Notes: generated by a model from the sequence alone, not told the origin. 64,000 nt of DNA from Clostridium manihotivorum (GCF_004015185.1 NZ_CP025746.1:1441776-1505775), one strand, 5' to 3'; positions 19,795-30,167 are shown, numbered from the stretch's first letter. Made by a program: numbers and translations.

Positions 19795-20407
19795 TTCAGC
19801 ATATAATTTTAATTGATAGGAAGAAAAGATCTTCTTAAATGTTGCACTTGAGTTCAGTTTGGTGGTGCAAACTTCGCCTCAAGTCCAAATCGCGTTTTAA
19901 TCCACTGCCTGGATCCTGTATTTGTATGTGAAAAGATAGCTTACACAAGAATAGATCAGGTAGTGTCCATAACTGATGTTATTGAGAATACAATAACAGG
20001 GATAAAGGGCATAGGTGGGCTTCAGACTAGGGGGAAGTATAGGGAAGGGTATCCTAAGTCGCCTTATGTGTAATAGAAGATAAGAAGATCATATATTATA
20101 GTATAAAGGTAGGAGTTAATGTAGCTCCTACCTTTATACTGCTTTAAAAGCATAGCATAAGTCAAAATAAGTATAGCAAATGTTAATACTTTATTAAAAA
20201 TTCGCAAATAGCTTTGGTGATTAATTTAGTTATAATAGCTACTGATTAAAATAAAATAGTATATTGCTTAATAATGTTGACGCACTGCGTCAAGAATTAA
20301 GTTGAGATTGCGATATATAAGAATATAGATATGCATCAATTAATGCATATTAATTTACATAATGGATGTAATACAGTACAATAAGAACAAAATATAGGAG
20401 TTGATGC

Positions 20408-20820
20408 AATGCCGGAATATTACAACCAGAAGTATACAAAAGAAGAGGTTGAAGTAATTTTGAAGAAGATTAAAGAGTGCATCAACGATAATTGCTATAC
20501 TATTTCAATAAATGGCAATAGAAAAAGAACATAAATTTTATTAACGAATATAGATTAAATACTAAAAAGCAGAAAGATATTTTACTTAGTATAGAGGTAA
20601 CAGATTTTTGTCATTCACTAAATAATATAAATCCTGGTTTTGAACATGAGGTTCTTTATGTTTTTTGTCTTCAAAGAGTTTTATTTAACATCTTTGGAGA
20701 AGAGGAATCTATTGATATTTATATTAAATTTAATATTATCGAATATACAGATAAAAAACGAGTAATTACAATTTCATTTCATAAAAGGAACAAGCCAATC
20801 CAGTATTTATTTAAATAATG
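20408..20820 (+). pseudogene. small ORF disrupted by a frameshift in an A-run; candidate toxin partner of the downstream Panacea-domain protein
   Basis: Frame 1 stops at ~20531. The reading frame continues in the -1 frame from ~20520 to 20817 (A5 run at agaaaaagaac). Immediately upstream of a DUF4065 gene. Confidence 0.4.
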
Positions 20821-20849
20821 GGTTGAGGTTTTGGAAGGAGGATTTCACA

Positions 20850-21854
20850 ATGGATATGAAAACAACATTTTGTGAACACTGTAGAAAAGATGTATTATAT
20901 ACAGAAAAAAATGAGCTAATGAATGCAGAGTTAAAAGGTGAGATTTATAACTATTATGGAAAATTAGCAGTTTGTAACGAATGTAATAACGAGATCTTTG
21001 TAAATGACATTAATGATTATAATTTGGAGCAGCTTTATAATGAATTTAGAAAGCAGAATAACATTATTTCTTTAACTAATATAATGGAGATACCTGAAAA
21101 GTACAACATTGGTAAAAGACCTTTATCATTACTTTTAGGTTGGGGAGAGCAGACCTTTAGCCGTTATTATGATGGAGATATGCCTACACAGCAGTACTCA
21201 GCAATTTTGCAGAGAATTTATGATGAGCCTAGTTTTTATCTTTCCATTTTGGAAAGTAATAAAGAGAAACTAAAATCAAAATCAGCTTATGAGAAGAGTA
21301 AATTGGCTACAGATAAACTTTTAGAAACTCAGAATGTTTCAAATGGTGAGAAGATAGATGTTGTTGGAAATTATCTTGTAAGCAAATGTGAAGATATTAC
21401 TCCATTAGCATTGCAAAAACTTTTGTATTATGTTCAGGGATTTTATTATGCTTTTACAAATCAATTTATATTTGAAGAAAACTGCGAAGCCTGGATTCAT
21501 GGACCAGTATACAGGGATATATATTTCAAATATAAAGAATATAAATTTGATCCAATGGGAATTTCTGAAGTTATAGATAATTTTAACTTAACAGTATCTG
21601 AGAAAGCTATTATTGATAGTGTGATTAAAAATTTAAGTTGCTATAGTGGAAAGGTTTTGGAAGCATTTACCCATGCTGAAACACCATGGTTAGAAACTCG
21701 TGGAGATTTGCCTATAGCTGCATCTTCAGATAGACAAATTGAAAAAAGGCTAATTGGAGATTATTTTTCAGCAGTTAAAGAGAAGACTAATATGTTAAAC
21801 CCATCTGATATCGGTGTTTATAGCAAAAAAATGTTTGAACAAATTTCTATGTAG
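20850..21854 (+). CDS. Panacea/DUF4065 (SocA-like) antitoxin-domain protein with N-terminal zinc ribbon
   Basis: C-terminal ...LQKLLYYVQGFYYAF...WIHGPVY... is the conserved core of DUF4065. N-terminal CEHC...CNEC zinc ribbon. RBS ggaaggagg before ATG 20850. Confidence 0.6.
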   Translation: MDMKTTFCEHCRKDVLYTEKNELMNAELKGEIYNYYGKLAVCNECNNEIFVNDINDYNLEQLYNEFRKQNNIISLTNIMEIPEKYNIGKRPLSLLLGWGEQTFSRYYDGDMPTQQYSAILQRIYDEPSFYLSILESNKEKLKSKSAYEKSKLATDKLLETQNVSNGEKIDVVGNYLVSKCEDITPLALQKLLYYVQGFYYAFTNQFIFEENCEAWIHGPVYRDIYFKYKEYKFDPMGISEVIDNFNLTVSEKAIIDSVIKNLSCYSGKVLEAFTHAETPWLETRGDLPIAASSDRQIEKRLIGDYFSAVKEKTNMLNPSDIGVYSKKMFEQISM

Positions 21855-21995
21855 TATAACTTTAAAATAATAACAGGAAAGAGCTCAATTTTAATATTTA
21901 AATTAAGATTGAGCTCTATTTTAATTAGAGAAAAACTCAACCTTAATATTAAATATTAGGGCTGAGTTTCTTCTAAATTAGTATGGAGTTTAAAA

Positions 21996-22211
21996 TTAAA
22001 GATCAAACTTAATAGTCTGTCTTTGAATCAGTTGTGCACTATACTTTGAAGCTAAAGAAACGCCTTTGTTTTCAAATACATCTTTAGATATGATGGTATC
22101 CATAAGACTATTTACTTCATCTTTAGTCATATTGGGTTTAACATCTGCTATGCTTAAGGATACCTTGTCTCCAGCAGCGTTAACGAAAGTTAAAGATAAT
22201 GTGTATTCCAT
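21996..22211 (-). CDS. DUF2922-family small protein
   Basis: 71 aa; ...LSLTFVNAAGDKVSLSIADVKPNMTKDEVNSLMDTIISKDVF... matches DUF2922 small proteins of Bacilli/Clostridia. Confidence 0.55.
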   Translation of the reverse strand: MEYTLSLTFVNAAGDKVSLSIADVKPNMTKDEVNSLMDTIISKDVFENKGVSLASKYSAQLIQRQTIKFDL

Positions 22212-22255
22212 GATTTTTCTCCTTTCTTTTAATTAGATTTGATGGTTAAAAATTA

Positions 22256-22480
22256 CTAAGCATTTACTATCTTTGATGCTTCGTTTAAGTAGTAGTCTCT
22301 AGTACTAACACTTAAAATGGCTTTGATAGCTTCAGCAACAGCATATACATTTTCAGGAGTTACACTGTTTTTTACTCCTGAGAAGTTCTTCTTTTTGTAG
22401 ATCTTTGCGCCTGTCTTATCTGTGCCACTTTCAACCTCTATTGCAAATGAAGTTGTGTCTAAAACTTTGCTTACTGCCAT
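22256..22480 (-). CDS. DUF1659-family small protein
   Basis: 74 aa; MAVSKVLDTTSFAIEVESGTDKTGAKIYKKKNFSGVKNSVTPENVYAVAEAI pattern of DUF1659. Confidence 0.55.
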   Translation of the reverse strand: MAVSKVLDTTSFAIEVESGTDKTGAKIYKKKNFSGVKNSVTPENVYAVAEAIKAILSVSTRDYYLNEASKIVNA

Positions 22481-22627
22481 AATGTTTTCCTCCTTGTAAG
22501 ATTTAGTTTTGAAGCTTAAAGCTCTCTGTCTTTAGCTTTCAATTAGTATATATGTCTTAGTTAAAAAGTTTTGGGGAACTTATAGTTTTTTTTCTTTGGA
22601 GCGTTTTGATGCATTTAAAAATGGTGT

Positions 22628-22837
22628 TTAAGCATTTTTATTTTCATCTGAATAGTCTACAACAACTCCAAGTTTAGTCGAGATTATGGTATTGAGTTTA
22701 TTGATAGATGCGCTTAATCCAACTATTTGCTTTTCAAGTCTTATAAGAAGATAACCGCTTATGACCACTGGAAAGGCAGTATTTGAGATCAAATTTACTA
22801 AATCATTAACTTCCATATTGAAATCACCTCCATTCAT
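22628..22837 (-). CDS. YvrJ-like small membrane protein
   Basis: ...LVNLISNTAFPVVISGYLLIRLEKQIVGLSASINKL resembles YvrJ (LISNVGFPIVVSLYLL...). Confidence 0.5.
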   Translation of the reverse strand: MNGGDFNMEVNDLVNLISNTAFPVVISGYLLIRLEKQIVGLSASINKLNTIISTKLGVVVDYSDENKNA

Positions 22838-22864
22838 AAGGTATATATGCCTGTGAATGAAAGA

Positions 22865-23365
22865 TTAAAGAAAAGTTCCACCTTCTTTGAAAATATAATC
22901 ATGATATTTTTTTATAGCAGAATCGATTATTGTGCTTAGGTAAGCATTAGGATCAGGATGAGCTGCTTTGATTTCATTTAGAATTCTTGCAGTAGATACT
23001 CTGAACTTAAAAGTACGAGTTATTACAAAAGCTTCTCCATCAATGGGAGGGGTTACTCCATTCGGTTGGGACTTTAAGGTTCTGTTATCTATAATAGTGT
23101 TATTATCATTTACATTATAAGAATTGGCTTTGGTTACGTTGGTGTTAGTAACATTTAAATGAATCTTATTATTAAGGTTATCTTTAGTTATAGAAACAAG
23201 TTCCCTATTATCAGATGGAGCATCCGAAGCCTCTTCACAAAAATTAAAGGTGGCAACTGGTGTGCCAACAACCGTATCTTCAATAAAACCGTTCATTTCT
23301 ACATCTTCTTCATAAGCTAAATCATCTTTATCTATAGCAAAGCTCTTTGATTTCTTTCTAGTCAT
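22865..23365 (-). CDS. hypothetical protein
   Basis: 166-aa ORF with N-rich central region. Confidence 0.45.
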   Translation of the reverse strand: MTRKKSKSFAIDKDDLAYEEDVEMNGFIEDTVVGTPVATFNFCEEASDAPSDNRELVSITKDNLNNKIHLNVTNTNVTKANSYNVNDNNTIIDNRTLKSQPNGVTPPIDGEAFVITRTFKFRVSTARILNEIKAAHPDPNAYLSTIIDSAIKKYHDYIFKEGGTFL

Positions 23366-23711
23366 TTATAAATCTTCCATTTTATATCTCGTGTACCAGC
23401 TTGCACAACGACTTATTTTATTTGTTTTATATAGATTCTTATATGCTTGAAGTCTATAAGGTTTAGAAAAATAAGTGACTGAAAATTAAGCGGAAATCTC
23501 TTAAACCCGCATATTTCCTATATATTTATATGTTTTTTTAAATATTTAATTTTATGTTTATATGAATTTTTAAATATATCTTTATATGAAGATATATTTT
23601 TTTGATTAAATAATTGTTTAAATAAACCCTAAAAATCAGCCTTTGAGGCATATAAGCTAATTAGAACAGTAAGAAATTGCTCAATTAATTAGTAATGGAA
23701 GGAATGATTTT

Positions 23712-23975
23712 ATGATTAAAGATTCTATTTTAATTAATTCAGAAGAGGTGCAGAGCTTTGATAAGATGCAAATTGCATTGGCAATACGAGACTCTACCTA
23801 TGGAGAGGAACTAAGCTGCTCACTACTTAAGAATGGAGTGATTAAAAATTGTGAAGGTTGCTCCTTAAAATATATCTGTGGCAGACTTGATAAGCTAGCT
23901 GATGATTATACTGAAATAACTACAAAGGTTGTAAATAGCTTCAGCTTTGAAGAAGAATTTGGTGAGGCAGAGTAG
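23712..23975 (+). CDS. hypothetical small protein (Cys-containing)
   Basis: 87-aa ORF; CEGC...C residues. Confidence 0.4.
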   Translation: MIKDSILINSEEVQSFDKMQIALAIRDSTYGEELSCSLLKNGVIKNCEGCSLKYICGRLDKLADDYTEITTKVVNSFSFEEEFGEAE

Positions 23976-24040
23976 CTCCTAAAAGGTAGGAGAGTATCTA
24001 AAGTTTTGAACACTAAAAGCTATGAGAGGAGGTGACAAGG

Positions 24041-24262
24041 ATGGCAACAGCAATATTAAGCGGTAATGCAATGATCTTAAAGTATAAGACTGGAACAAAT
24101 GACAAAGGAGACGATACCTTTGGAAGTCAAAGATTTTCTAATGTGAGACTAGACTTAACTGATGATGATTTATATACCGTTGGAAAAGCTCTAGAAGGTC
24201 TAATGAGCTCGGATATAGTTTATATAAGAAAGAAGCAGGATTATTTAGTGGAAGATATATAA
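24041..24262 (+). CDS. DUF1659-family small protein (paralogue)
   Basis: RBS gaggaggtg 8 nt before ATG 24041. ...ILKYKTGTNDKGDDTFGSQRFSNVRLDLTDDDLYTVGKAL pattern. Confidence 0.5.
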   Translation: MATAILSGNAMILKYKTGTNDKGDDTFGSQRFSNVRLDLTDDDLYTVGKALEGLMSSDIVYIRKKQDYLVEDI

Positions 24263-24326
24263 ACTTAGGATTATTGTTTAGTACAAATAGTAAGAGGAAG
24301 ATCTTTATAGGAAGGAGGCGAGGATC

Positions 24327-24548
24327 GTGGAAACAAAATATTTAGTTCTTACATTTAAGAATGAAAGTGGAGATAAAGTTAATCTATCGCTAAAAGGTAT
24401 CAAGGATACTTTAACTGCAGCTGAAATATCAAATGCTATGGATATAATAATAAGTAAAGATGCATTCTTTAGTTCTGGTGGTAAGCTTATGCAGAAATCT
24501 GGAGCTCAAATTATAACTAAGAATGTTGATGAATATAAGGTGGGGTAG
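24327..24548 (+). CDS. DUF2922-family small protein (paralogue)
   Basis: ...LVLTFKNESGDKVNLSLKGIKDTLTAAEISNAMDIIISKDAF..., about 40% identical to the 21996..22211 product. Confidence 0.55.
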   Translation: METKYLVLTFKNESGDKVNLSLKGIKDTLTAAEISNAMDIIISKDAFFSSGGKLMQKSGAQIITKNVDEYKVG

Positions 24549-24746
24549 AAGCAAGGTAATCTGAAATTTAAGTGCACTCCAAATATTGGGGGAGCATCCT
24601 TAGATTTGTGTAAATCAAATCTAAGGATGCTCCCTAAGGAGTAGAATTAAACTAAGTGAAAGCAACTTATAGTTTATGTGGCAGAAAACTTATTAAATCA
24701 TCCATTAAAGCAGGCTTATCTAAGTTTTCAGGAACTTTAATGAATC

Positions 24747-25040
24747 TTAATATCTTAAAGTTCCATTAGTAATTTCCATATCTCTTAAATCATGCATGTA
24801 TGAACCAAAAGCTAAGAAGGCAATTATCATAAGAAAAAAACTAATTAAAATAATTATCTTCTTATTTTTAGTAATACCTTGGCCGTTATCAATAATATTC
24901 CTGTTTGCAATACCTACGAAGGTTAGTAGAGGCAAAAAGTAGATGGAATTATTTATTATCAAGTATATACTTATAATTAGAGTTGTTGTATTTATTATGA
25001 TTGCTGATATTAATGGATTATTATATACTAATGATTTCAT
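24747..25040 (-). CDS. small hydrophobic membrane protein
   Basis: 97 aa with three hydrophobic segments. Confidence 0.4.
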   Translation of the reverse strand: MKSLVYNNPLISAIIINTTTLIISIYLIINNSIYFLPLLTFVGIANRNIIDNGQGITKNKKIIILISFFLMIIAFLAFGSYMHDLRDMEITNGTLRY

Positions 25041-25159
25041 ATTAGTTCCCCTTAGCTAATCTTAATTATAATGGGACAATTACATAAAAAACTGTACATA
25101 TCAGTGTTCTTTAAACAGTGGTGTGAGCTAAATTAAGTCTCTTCAACAATCATTGACAA

Positions 25160-25708
25160 TCAATCATTAATTAAATCAAACCTATTAATGAGTCTAAATG
25201 GGATTTCATAAACTTCAAGAGCAACTATTCTTCCACTTGTGGCAATAAAATTATCTCTTAAGTAATCAAAGACATTATTAAAGTCGTTTTTATTGCAAAT
25301 TGATAGGGTTGAGTGAAAAACAGGATTTCCGCATTTAGCTGAATATTCAAATCCTAAGGTTCCACAATATTCATCGAGTTTTTCATGGAATCCATAATAA
25401 AAGTCAACTAAAGATAGTGAACTACATGGGTTTACATAGATTACATCTGTATCTAAAGCTTCTCCGTGAGTATATACGCCAAGTGAATTAAACTGAATTG
25501 GTAACTGGCGCTTAGCTTTAACATATTCCATTGTCCAACTACAAAGCACTATTTCATCAATATCCTCATAGGCAGCAATAGTCATATGAGGTGGCCACGG
25601 CTTATCTGCATAATGATTTTTTTGCATTGAATATGCTTTATCTTTCCATTTAGAAAATAAACTATCGGTTTCTTCATCGAACCTAGCAATTACGCAATAT
25701 CTCTTCAT
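25160..25708 (-). CDS. 2H phosphoesterase superfamily protein (LigT / 2'-5' RNA ligase-like)
   Basis: Two H-x-T/S-x motifs (HMTIA and HSTLS) spaced about 90 aa apart. Confidence 0.55.
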   Translation of the reverse strand: MKRYCVIARFDEETDSLFSKWKDKAYSMQKNHYADKPWPPHMTIAAYEDIDEIVLCSWTMEYVKAKRQLPIQFNSLGVYTHGEALDTDVIYVNPCSSLSLVDFYYGFHEKLDEYCGTLGFEYSAKCGNPVFHSTLSICNKNDFNNVFDYLRDNFIATSGRIVALEVYEIPFRLINRFDLIND

Positions 25709-25981
25709 GTCTTTTCCTCCATACTAAATATAAATAATCTTCATTGCAGGAGTTCTATATATTTACATTAAGCCCTAATAACAGTATTAACTCAATGAAC
25801 TTAAAAACAGTTTAGTGAGTTAATAAATAGTTCTATATTAATTTTACAAAGTTATCACTTATACTCAAATTTTATGCCTTCTTATATCGGCACATAATAC
25901 AAACACTTTCTATTGGTAATACGTATAGTCTCAGTAAAAAGTACCTTGGTCAATTACTAAATGGGACACTAGCTCCGTTCC

Positions 25982-26767
25982 CTAGTCCCCATTAATTATG
26001 CTAAGTCTATTAAATAATTTATCATATCTATGCAGTGCATTTATATCAGTAACCTTGACACCTGAATTGTAGAAAGTAATTTTACCGTTACCTTTATTTA
26101 AGGAATCAGTTTCCATTAAGGTTCTTTTTAGATTAGTTGCAGTGCCTATGTTTCCATCTATAAGGTTAACGTGGGATGGAGCTAATTTTCTAAACATATC
26201 TTTAAAGTAAGAAAAATGAGTACATCCTAAAACAATAGTTCCGTAACTATTCAAATCATATTTAGAAAGCTGTTCTTTAAGATAAGGCAATACTACTTCT
26301 TCATCAAACTCAAGCTTTTCAGAAAATTGGACTAGATCTGGGAGTGGTAATAAATCAACAATATTTTCATTATCTAGCTTTGCGATAAGGTTATGGAGTT
26401 TTTCTTCCTTTAGAGTCAATGCTGTAGCAGTGACCAAGACACGTTTATCCATATCTTTATTTATTTCAACAGCAGGTTTTACAGCAGGCTCCATGCCAAT
26501 GATTGGAATACTGTATGTATTTCTTAAATCTTCTATTGCTACGCTTGTAGCAGTATTACAAGCAATAACTACTGCGCTAACTCCTTGTTTTATAATAAAA
26601 TCTACGGCATTAAATATATATTTTCTAACCTCATCTTTAGGTTTTGGTCCATATGGAACATTTTCCGTATCTGCATAATATATATAATCTTCGTTAGGTA
26701 GCACTTTTAATGTATCATACAATACAGTAATACCTCCGATACCAGAGTCAAAAAAACCTATTTTCAT
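25982..26767 (-). CDS. murI: glutamate racemase
   Basis: MKIGFFDSGIGGITV...VIACNTAT...GCTHF, the canonical MurI motifs. Confidence 0.9.
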   Translation of the reverse strand: MKIGFFDSGIGGITVLYDTLKVLPNEDYIYYADTENVPYGPKPKDEVRKYIFNAVDFIIKQGVSAVVIACNTATSVAIEDLRNTYSIPIIGMEPAVKPAVEINKDMDKRVLVTATALTLKEEKLHNLIAKLDNENIVDLLPLPDLVQFSEKLEFDEEVVLPYLKEQLSKYDLNSYGTIVLGCTHFSYFKDMFRKLAPSHVNLIDGNIGTATNLKRTLMETDSLNKGNGKITFYNSGVKVTDINALHRYDKLFNRLSIINGD

Positions 26768-27120
26768 TTCGTCTATTCCTCCAATTACTAAGTTCTACAT
26801 ATAATTTTAACATATATAGATTTATGTTTCATCTGTAAGGTGGGATTATTACTGATTCATAATTGAACACATTTTGTATAATTATCCATAGCAAAACTTT
26901 GATGCTATTGATTGTATAGTACTTTGGATTTCTAACATTACTAACTTATTTATAATAGTTACGATAATAAGTGATTTTTAGAGCTAAAGAAAGACATAGA
27001 TCATAATAAAATATATAGCAGATATAAATAAAAACACCACAAGCTTCAAAGATCAATAATGTGGTGTAATAAAAATATATTAGATTTATTTACAAGACCG
27101 ATTTATTAAAACCTTCAAAA

Positions 27121-28152
27121 TCAAATCTTAAACTGACCATACCCAATTTTATCTAAGGCTTTATTAAATACTACAGGAAAGCTATCAGGATTTCTTAAGG
27201 TTTCAAAAACTGTATTCTTTCCGAAGCAATCGTGAATTACTCCCCAGATATCATTTCCAAAAGTGTATACTCTAAAATGTCTTAGTTTTGGAATTTCACT
27301 TTTATTTTGTTCTTCTGTATAAGGATTAGTCCAATATTCTGACATAAGCTTATTTAAGTCATCTGGCGATTTTATAATACCAGCTCTTATATCGCTAACT
27401 GTCTTTCTAAAGTTGTCCATTGTGTTATAAAAATCATCATTTAGATATTTCCAAGTGAAGGCATCTAAACCTTGGTTTTTAGTAGCATTATATATACTTT
27501 TGGACAATACTCCTTCAGCGTTGTTACAATATTTTACTGCTAAACCTTCTCCAGAAAAATAAAGGTAGAACAATCCTTCAAGAGATAGGTTTTCTCCATC
27601 AATTTGTTGTAGAATTGTATTTAATCCAACGTGATGTACTTCATGAGCAATAGTTGAACAGAAAGCACTGATAGATTGATCTTTTACTAGTTGTAAGAAA
27701 TCAAAGTGGGTGCAATTTTCATAAACATAGCCAAAGCTTCTTCCTATGCTAATTGTAAAGATGAATTTTATATCTGGAAGAATTATATCGTCAGGTAATC
27801 CTTTTAGGGCTATAGAAACTTGTTCTTCAATAAGCTCTGGTGTTAGTATACTTTCTAGTTCCTTTAATTTTTCAAAATAGTAATCCACATTAGCTAATAA
27901 ATCTTTATAGTAACTGTGGTGGCTCTTTAAGTCAATATTTGTAATATCATCTTCCTCTATATTGTTTATTTGTAGGAAGTAATCTACAAACTCATCCTTT
28001 GATAATCTTCCACTATATCTTTCTAATTCAAATTTATAGTCTTCGTGATCTAGTAGGCTCTCGACATCACTTCTCATAACCTGTCCATTTGTAAGTCTTT
28101 TGCACAACTGAAGCATACTATTTATACTTGAAAAACTAATTGAAAAACTCAT
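27121..28152 (-). CDS. putative zinc metalloprotease-like protein (HExxH)
   Basis: STIAHEVHHVG motif; 343 aa, no signal peptide. Confidence 0.5.
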   Translation of the reverse strand: MSFSISFSSINSMLQLCKRLTNGQVMRSDVESLLDHEDYKFELERYSGRLSKDEFVDYFLQINNIEEDDITNIDLKSHHSYYKDLLANVDYYFEKLKELESILTPELIEEQVSIALKGLPDDIILPDIKFIFTISIGRSFGYVYENCTHFDFLQLVKDQSISAFCSTIAHEVHHVGLNTILQQIDGENLSLEGLFYLYFSGEGLAVKYCNNAEGVLSKSIYNATKNQGLDAFTWKYLNDDFYNTMDNFRKTVSDIRAGIIKSPDDLNKLMSEYWTNPYTEEQNKSEIPKLRHFRVYTFGNDIWGVIHDCFGKNTVFETLRNPDSFPVVFNKALDKIGYGQFKI

Positions 28153-28581
28153 TTTAATCCCCCTTATTTAATGCCTAATTTTCCATATGAATTATTTGTA
28201 AAATTATATCATATATGGATTGAGAACAGGGCTATAAATTAAAATAATTCACAGTTTCTTAATGGTTTTCTACTGAATTATTTGCTTAGTATAAGACTTA
28301 TGAAGAATATAGAATGCCGTGGCATAAGGTATATATTGACTGAGAGAATATCCAGCATTAAAATGATGATATGTTTATTTAGGTAACATTTTTACTGGAG
28401 GTGATAATTATATAAGGTAAGTCTATATAGTTGGTTTAAATAAGAAGGTTAATTACTTAATTTCAACAAGATAATTTAACAGAGGCATACAACAGTTTTA
28501 AAACACCTACTAAAACCCACTAAAATATATTGGAATATTGTTAGTTTTATGTTGTCATAATATGTGTAAAGAGGTGATAGC

Positions 28582-29044
28582 ATGAAGTATTATACAATTG
28601 GTCAATTCTCAAAATTAATGGGAAAAAGTATTCAAACTTTAAGATTGTGGGATAATGAAGGAAAGTTAAAACCACATCATATAACAGAAGGTGGACACCG
28701 TTATTATTCTGAACAACAAATTAATCAAGTTTTGCAAGTGCCACTTGTTAAGAGAACTAAAAAAGTAATTGGATATTGTAGAGTATCAAGTAATAAACAA
28801 AAAGATGATTTAGCAAGACAGGTTGCTGAGATTTGGGTTTGAAATAATAGAAAATCTATGTAATAAGTATGGGACTGACATCGAAATCATAGATAACACT
28901 GAAAAAACAGAAGAACAGGAATTAGTTGAGGATTTAATTCAAATTGTTACAGTTTTTAGTTGTAGGTTGCAAGGCAAAAGAGCCAATAAAGCAAAGAAAA
29001 TGATTAAGGAGCTGTTAGAGAATGATACTGGCGAAGAAAGTTAG
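28582..29044 (+). pseudogene. tnpA: IS607-type tnpA (MerR-HTH + serine recombinase) with internal deletion and frameshift
   Basis: MerR-like HTH MKYYTIGQFSKLMGKSIQTLRLW, catalytic-Ser motif IGYCRVSSNKQKDDLARQ, then a frame break. The RFGFEII...ELVEDLIQ tail resumes in another frame, with ~50 aa of recombinase core missing. Confidence 0.7.
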
Positions 29045-30167
29045 AATTATTCCGAATATAGAGCAAGAACAAAAATTATGGCAGTCTGTTGGTACTGCAA
29101 GATATATTTATAATTGGACACTTGCAAGACAAGAAGAAAATCACAAAAATGGTGGCAAGTTTATAAAAGATGGAGATTTAAGAAAAGAATTAACTATTTT
29201 AAAGAAATCAGAACTTAACTGGCTTAATGAAGTATCTAATAATGTAGCAAAACAGGCTGTAAAAGATGGTTGTAGTGCTTATAAAAATTTCTTTAAAGGG
29301 TTAGCTGATAAACCAAGATTTAAGAGCAGAAGAAAAAGCAAACCTTCATTCTATAATGATACAGATAAACTAAAAGTTAAAGAAAATTTAGTATTAATTG
29401 AAAAAGTAGGTTGGATTAAAACAGTAGAGCAAATACCTACAGATATTAAATATATTAATCCAAGAATAAGTTTTGACGGTAAGTTTTGGTATATATCTAT
29501 AGGCATAGAAAAAGAAGAAACTATATCAGAAAATACAGATATATCAATAGGTGTGGATTTAGGATTAAAAGATTTAGCAATAGTTTCAAATATAGATAAA
29601 CCATTTAAAAATATTAATAAAGCTAAAGAAGTGAAAAGACTAAAAAAGAAGTTAAAAAGAAAGCAGAAACAAGTTTCAAGAAAATATGAAGATGGAAAAA
29701 TTCGAATAGGAAAGGAAGGTGAAAACCGTTATAAATTTACTAAAACTAATAATATTAAAAAACTCGAAAGAGAATTAAAACTTATTCAAAGAAGGCTTTC
29801 AAATATACGTTTAAATCATATTCATCAAACAACAACTGCAATAGTGAAAACCAAGCCAAGCAGAATAGTTGTTGAAGATTTAAATGTAAAGGGTATGCTT
29901 AAAAATAAACACTTATCAAAGGTTATACAAGAACAATGTTTCCATAAGTTTATTAGTATCTTAGAATATAAGAGTAAATTTAATGGCATTGAATTTGTAA
30001 AAGCAGATAGGTTTTATCCTTCAAGCAAAACTTGTTCTTGTTGTGGAGCAATAAAGAAAGATTTAAAACTTAAAGACAGAGTTTTTGTTTGTCCATCATG
30101 TAATGCTCGGATGGATAGGGACAAAAATGCGTCAATAAATCTTTCAAGGTATAAAAAATCAGCATAA
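29022..30167 (+). CDS. tnpB: TnpB (IS605 OrfB-family RNA-guided nuclease, RuvC + zinc finger), apparently intact
   Basis: 381 aa; ...IGVDLGLKDLA... (RuvC-I D), ...VVEDLNVKGM... (RuvC-II E), CSCCG...CPSCN zinc finger, ...MDRDKNASINL (RuvC-III D). Confidence 0.85.
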   Translation: MILAKKVRIIPNIEQEQKLWQSVGTARYIYNWTLARQEENHKNGGKFIKDGDLRKELTILKKSELNWLNEVSNNVAKQAVKDGCSAYKNFFKGLADKPRFKSRRKSKPSFYNDTDKLKVKENLVLIEKVGWIKTVEQIPTDIKYINPRISFDGKFWYISIGIEKEETISENTDISIGVDLGLKDLAIVSNIDKPFKNINKAKEVKRLKKKLKRKQKQVSRKYEDGKIRIGKEGENRYKFTKTNNIKKLERELKLIQRRLSNIRLNHIHQTTTAIVKTKPSRIVVEDLNVKGMLKNKHLSKVIQEQCFHKFISILEYKSKFNGIEFVKADRFYPSSKTCSCCGAIKKDLKLKDRVFVCPSCNARMDRDKNASINLSRYKKSA

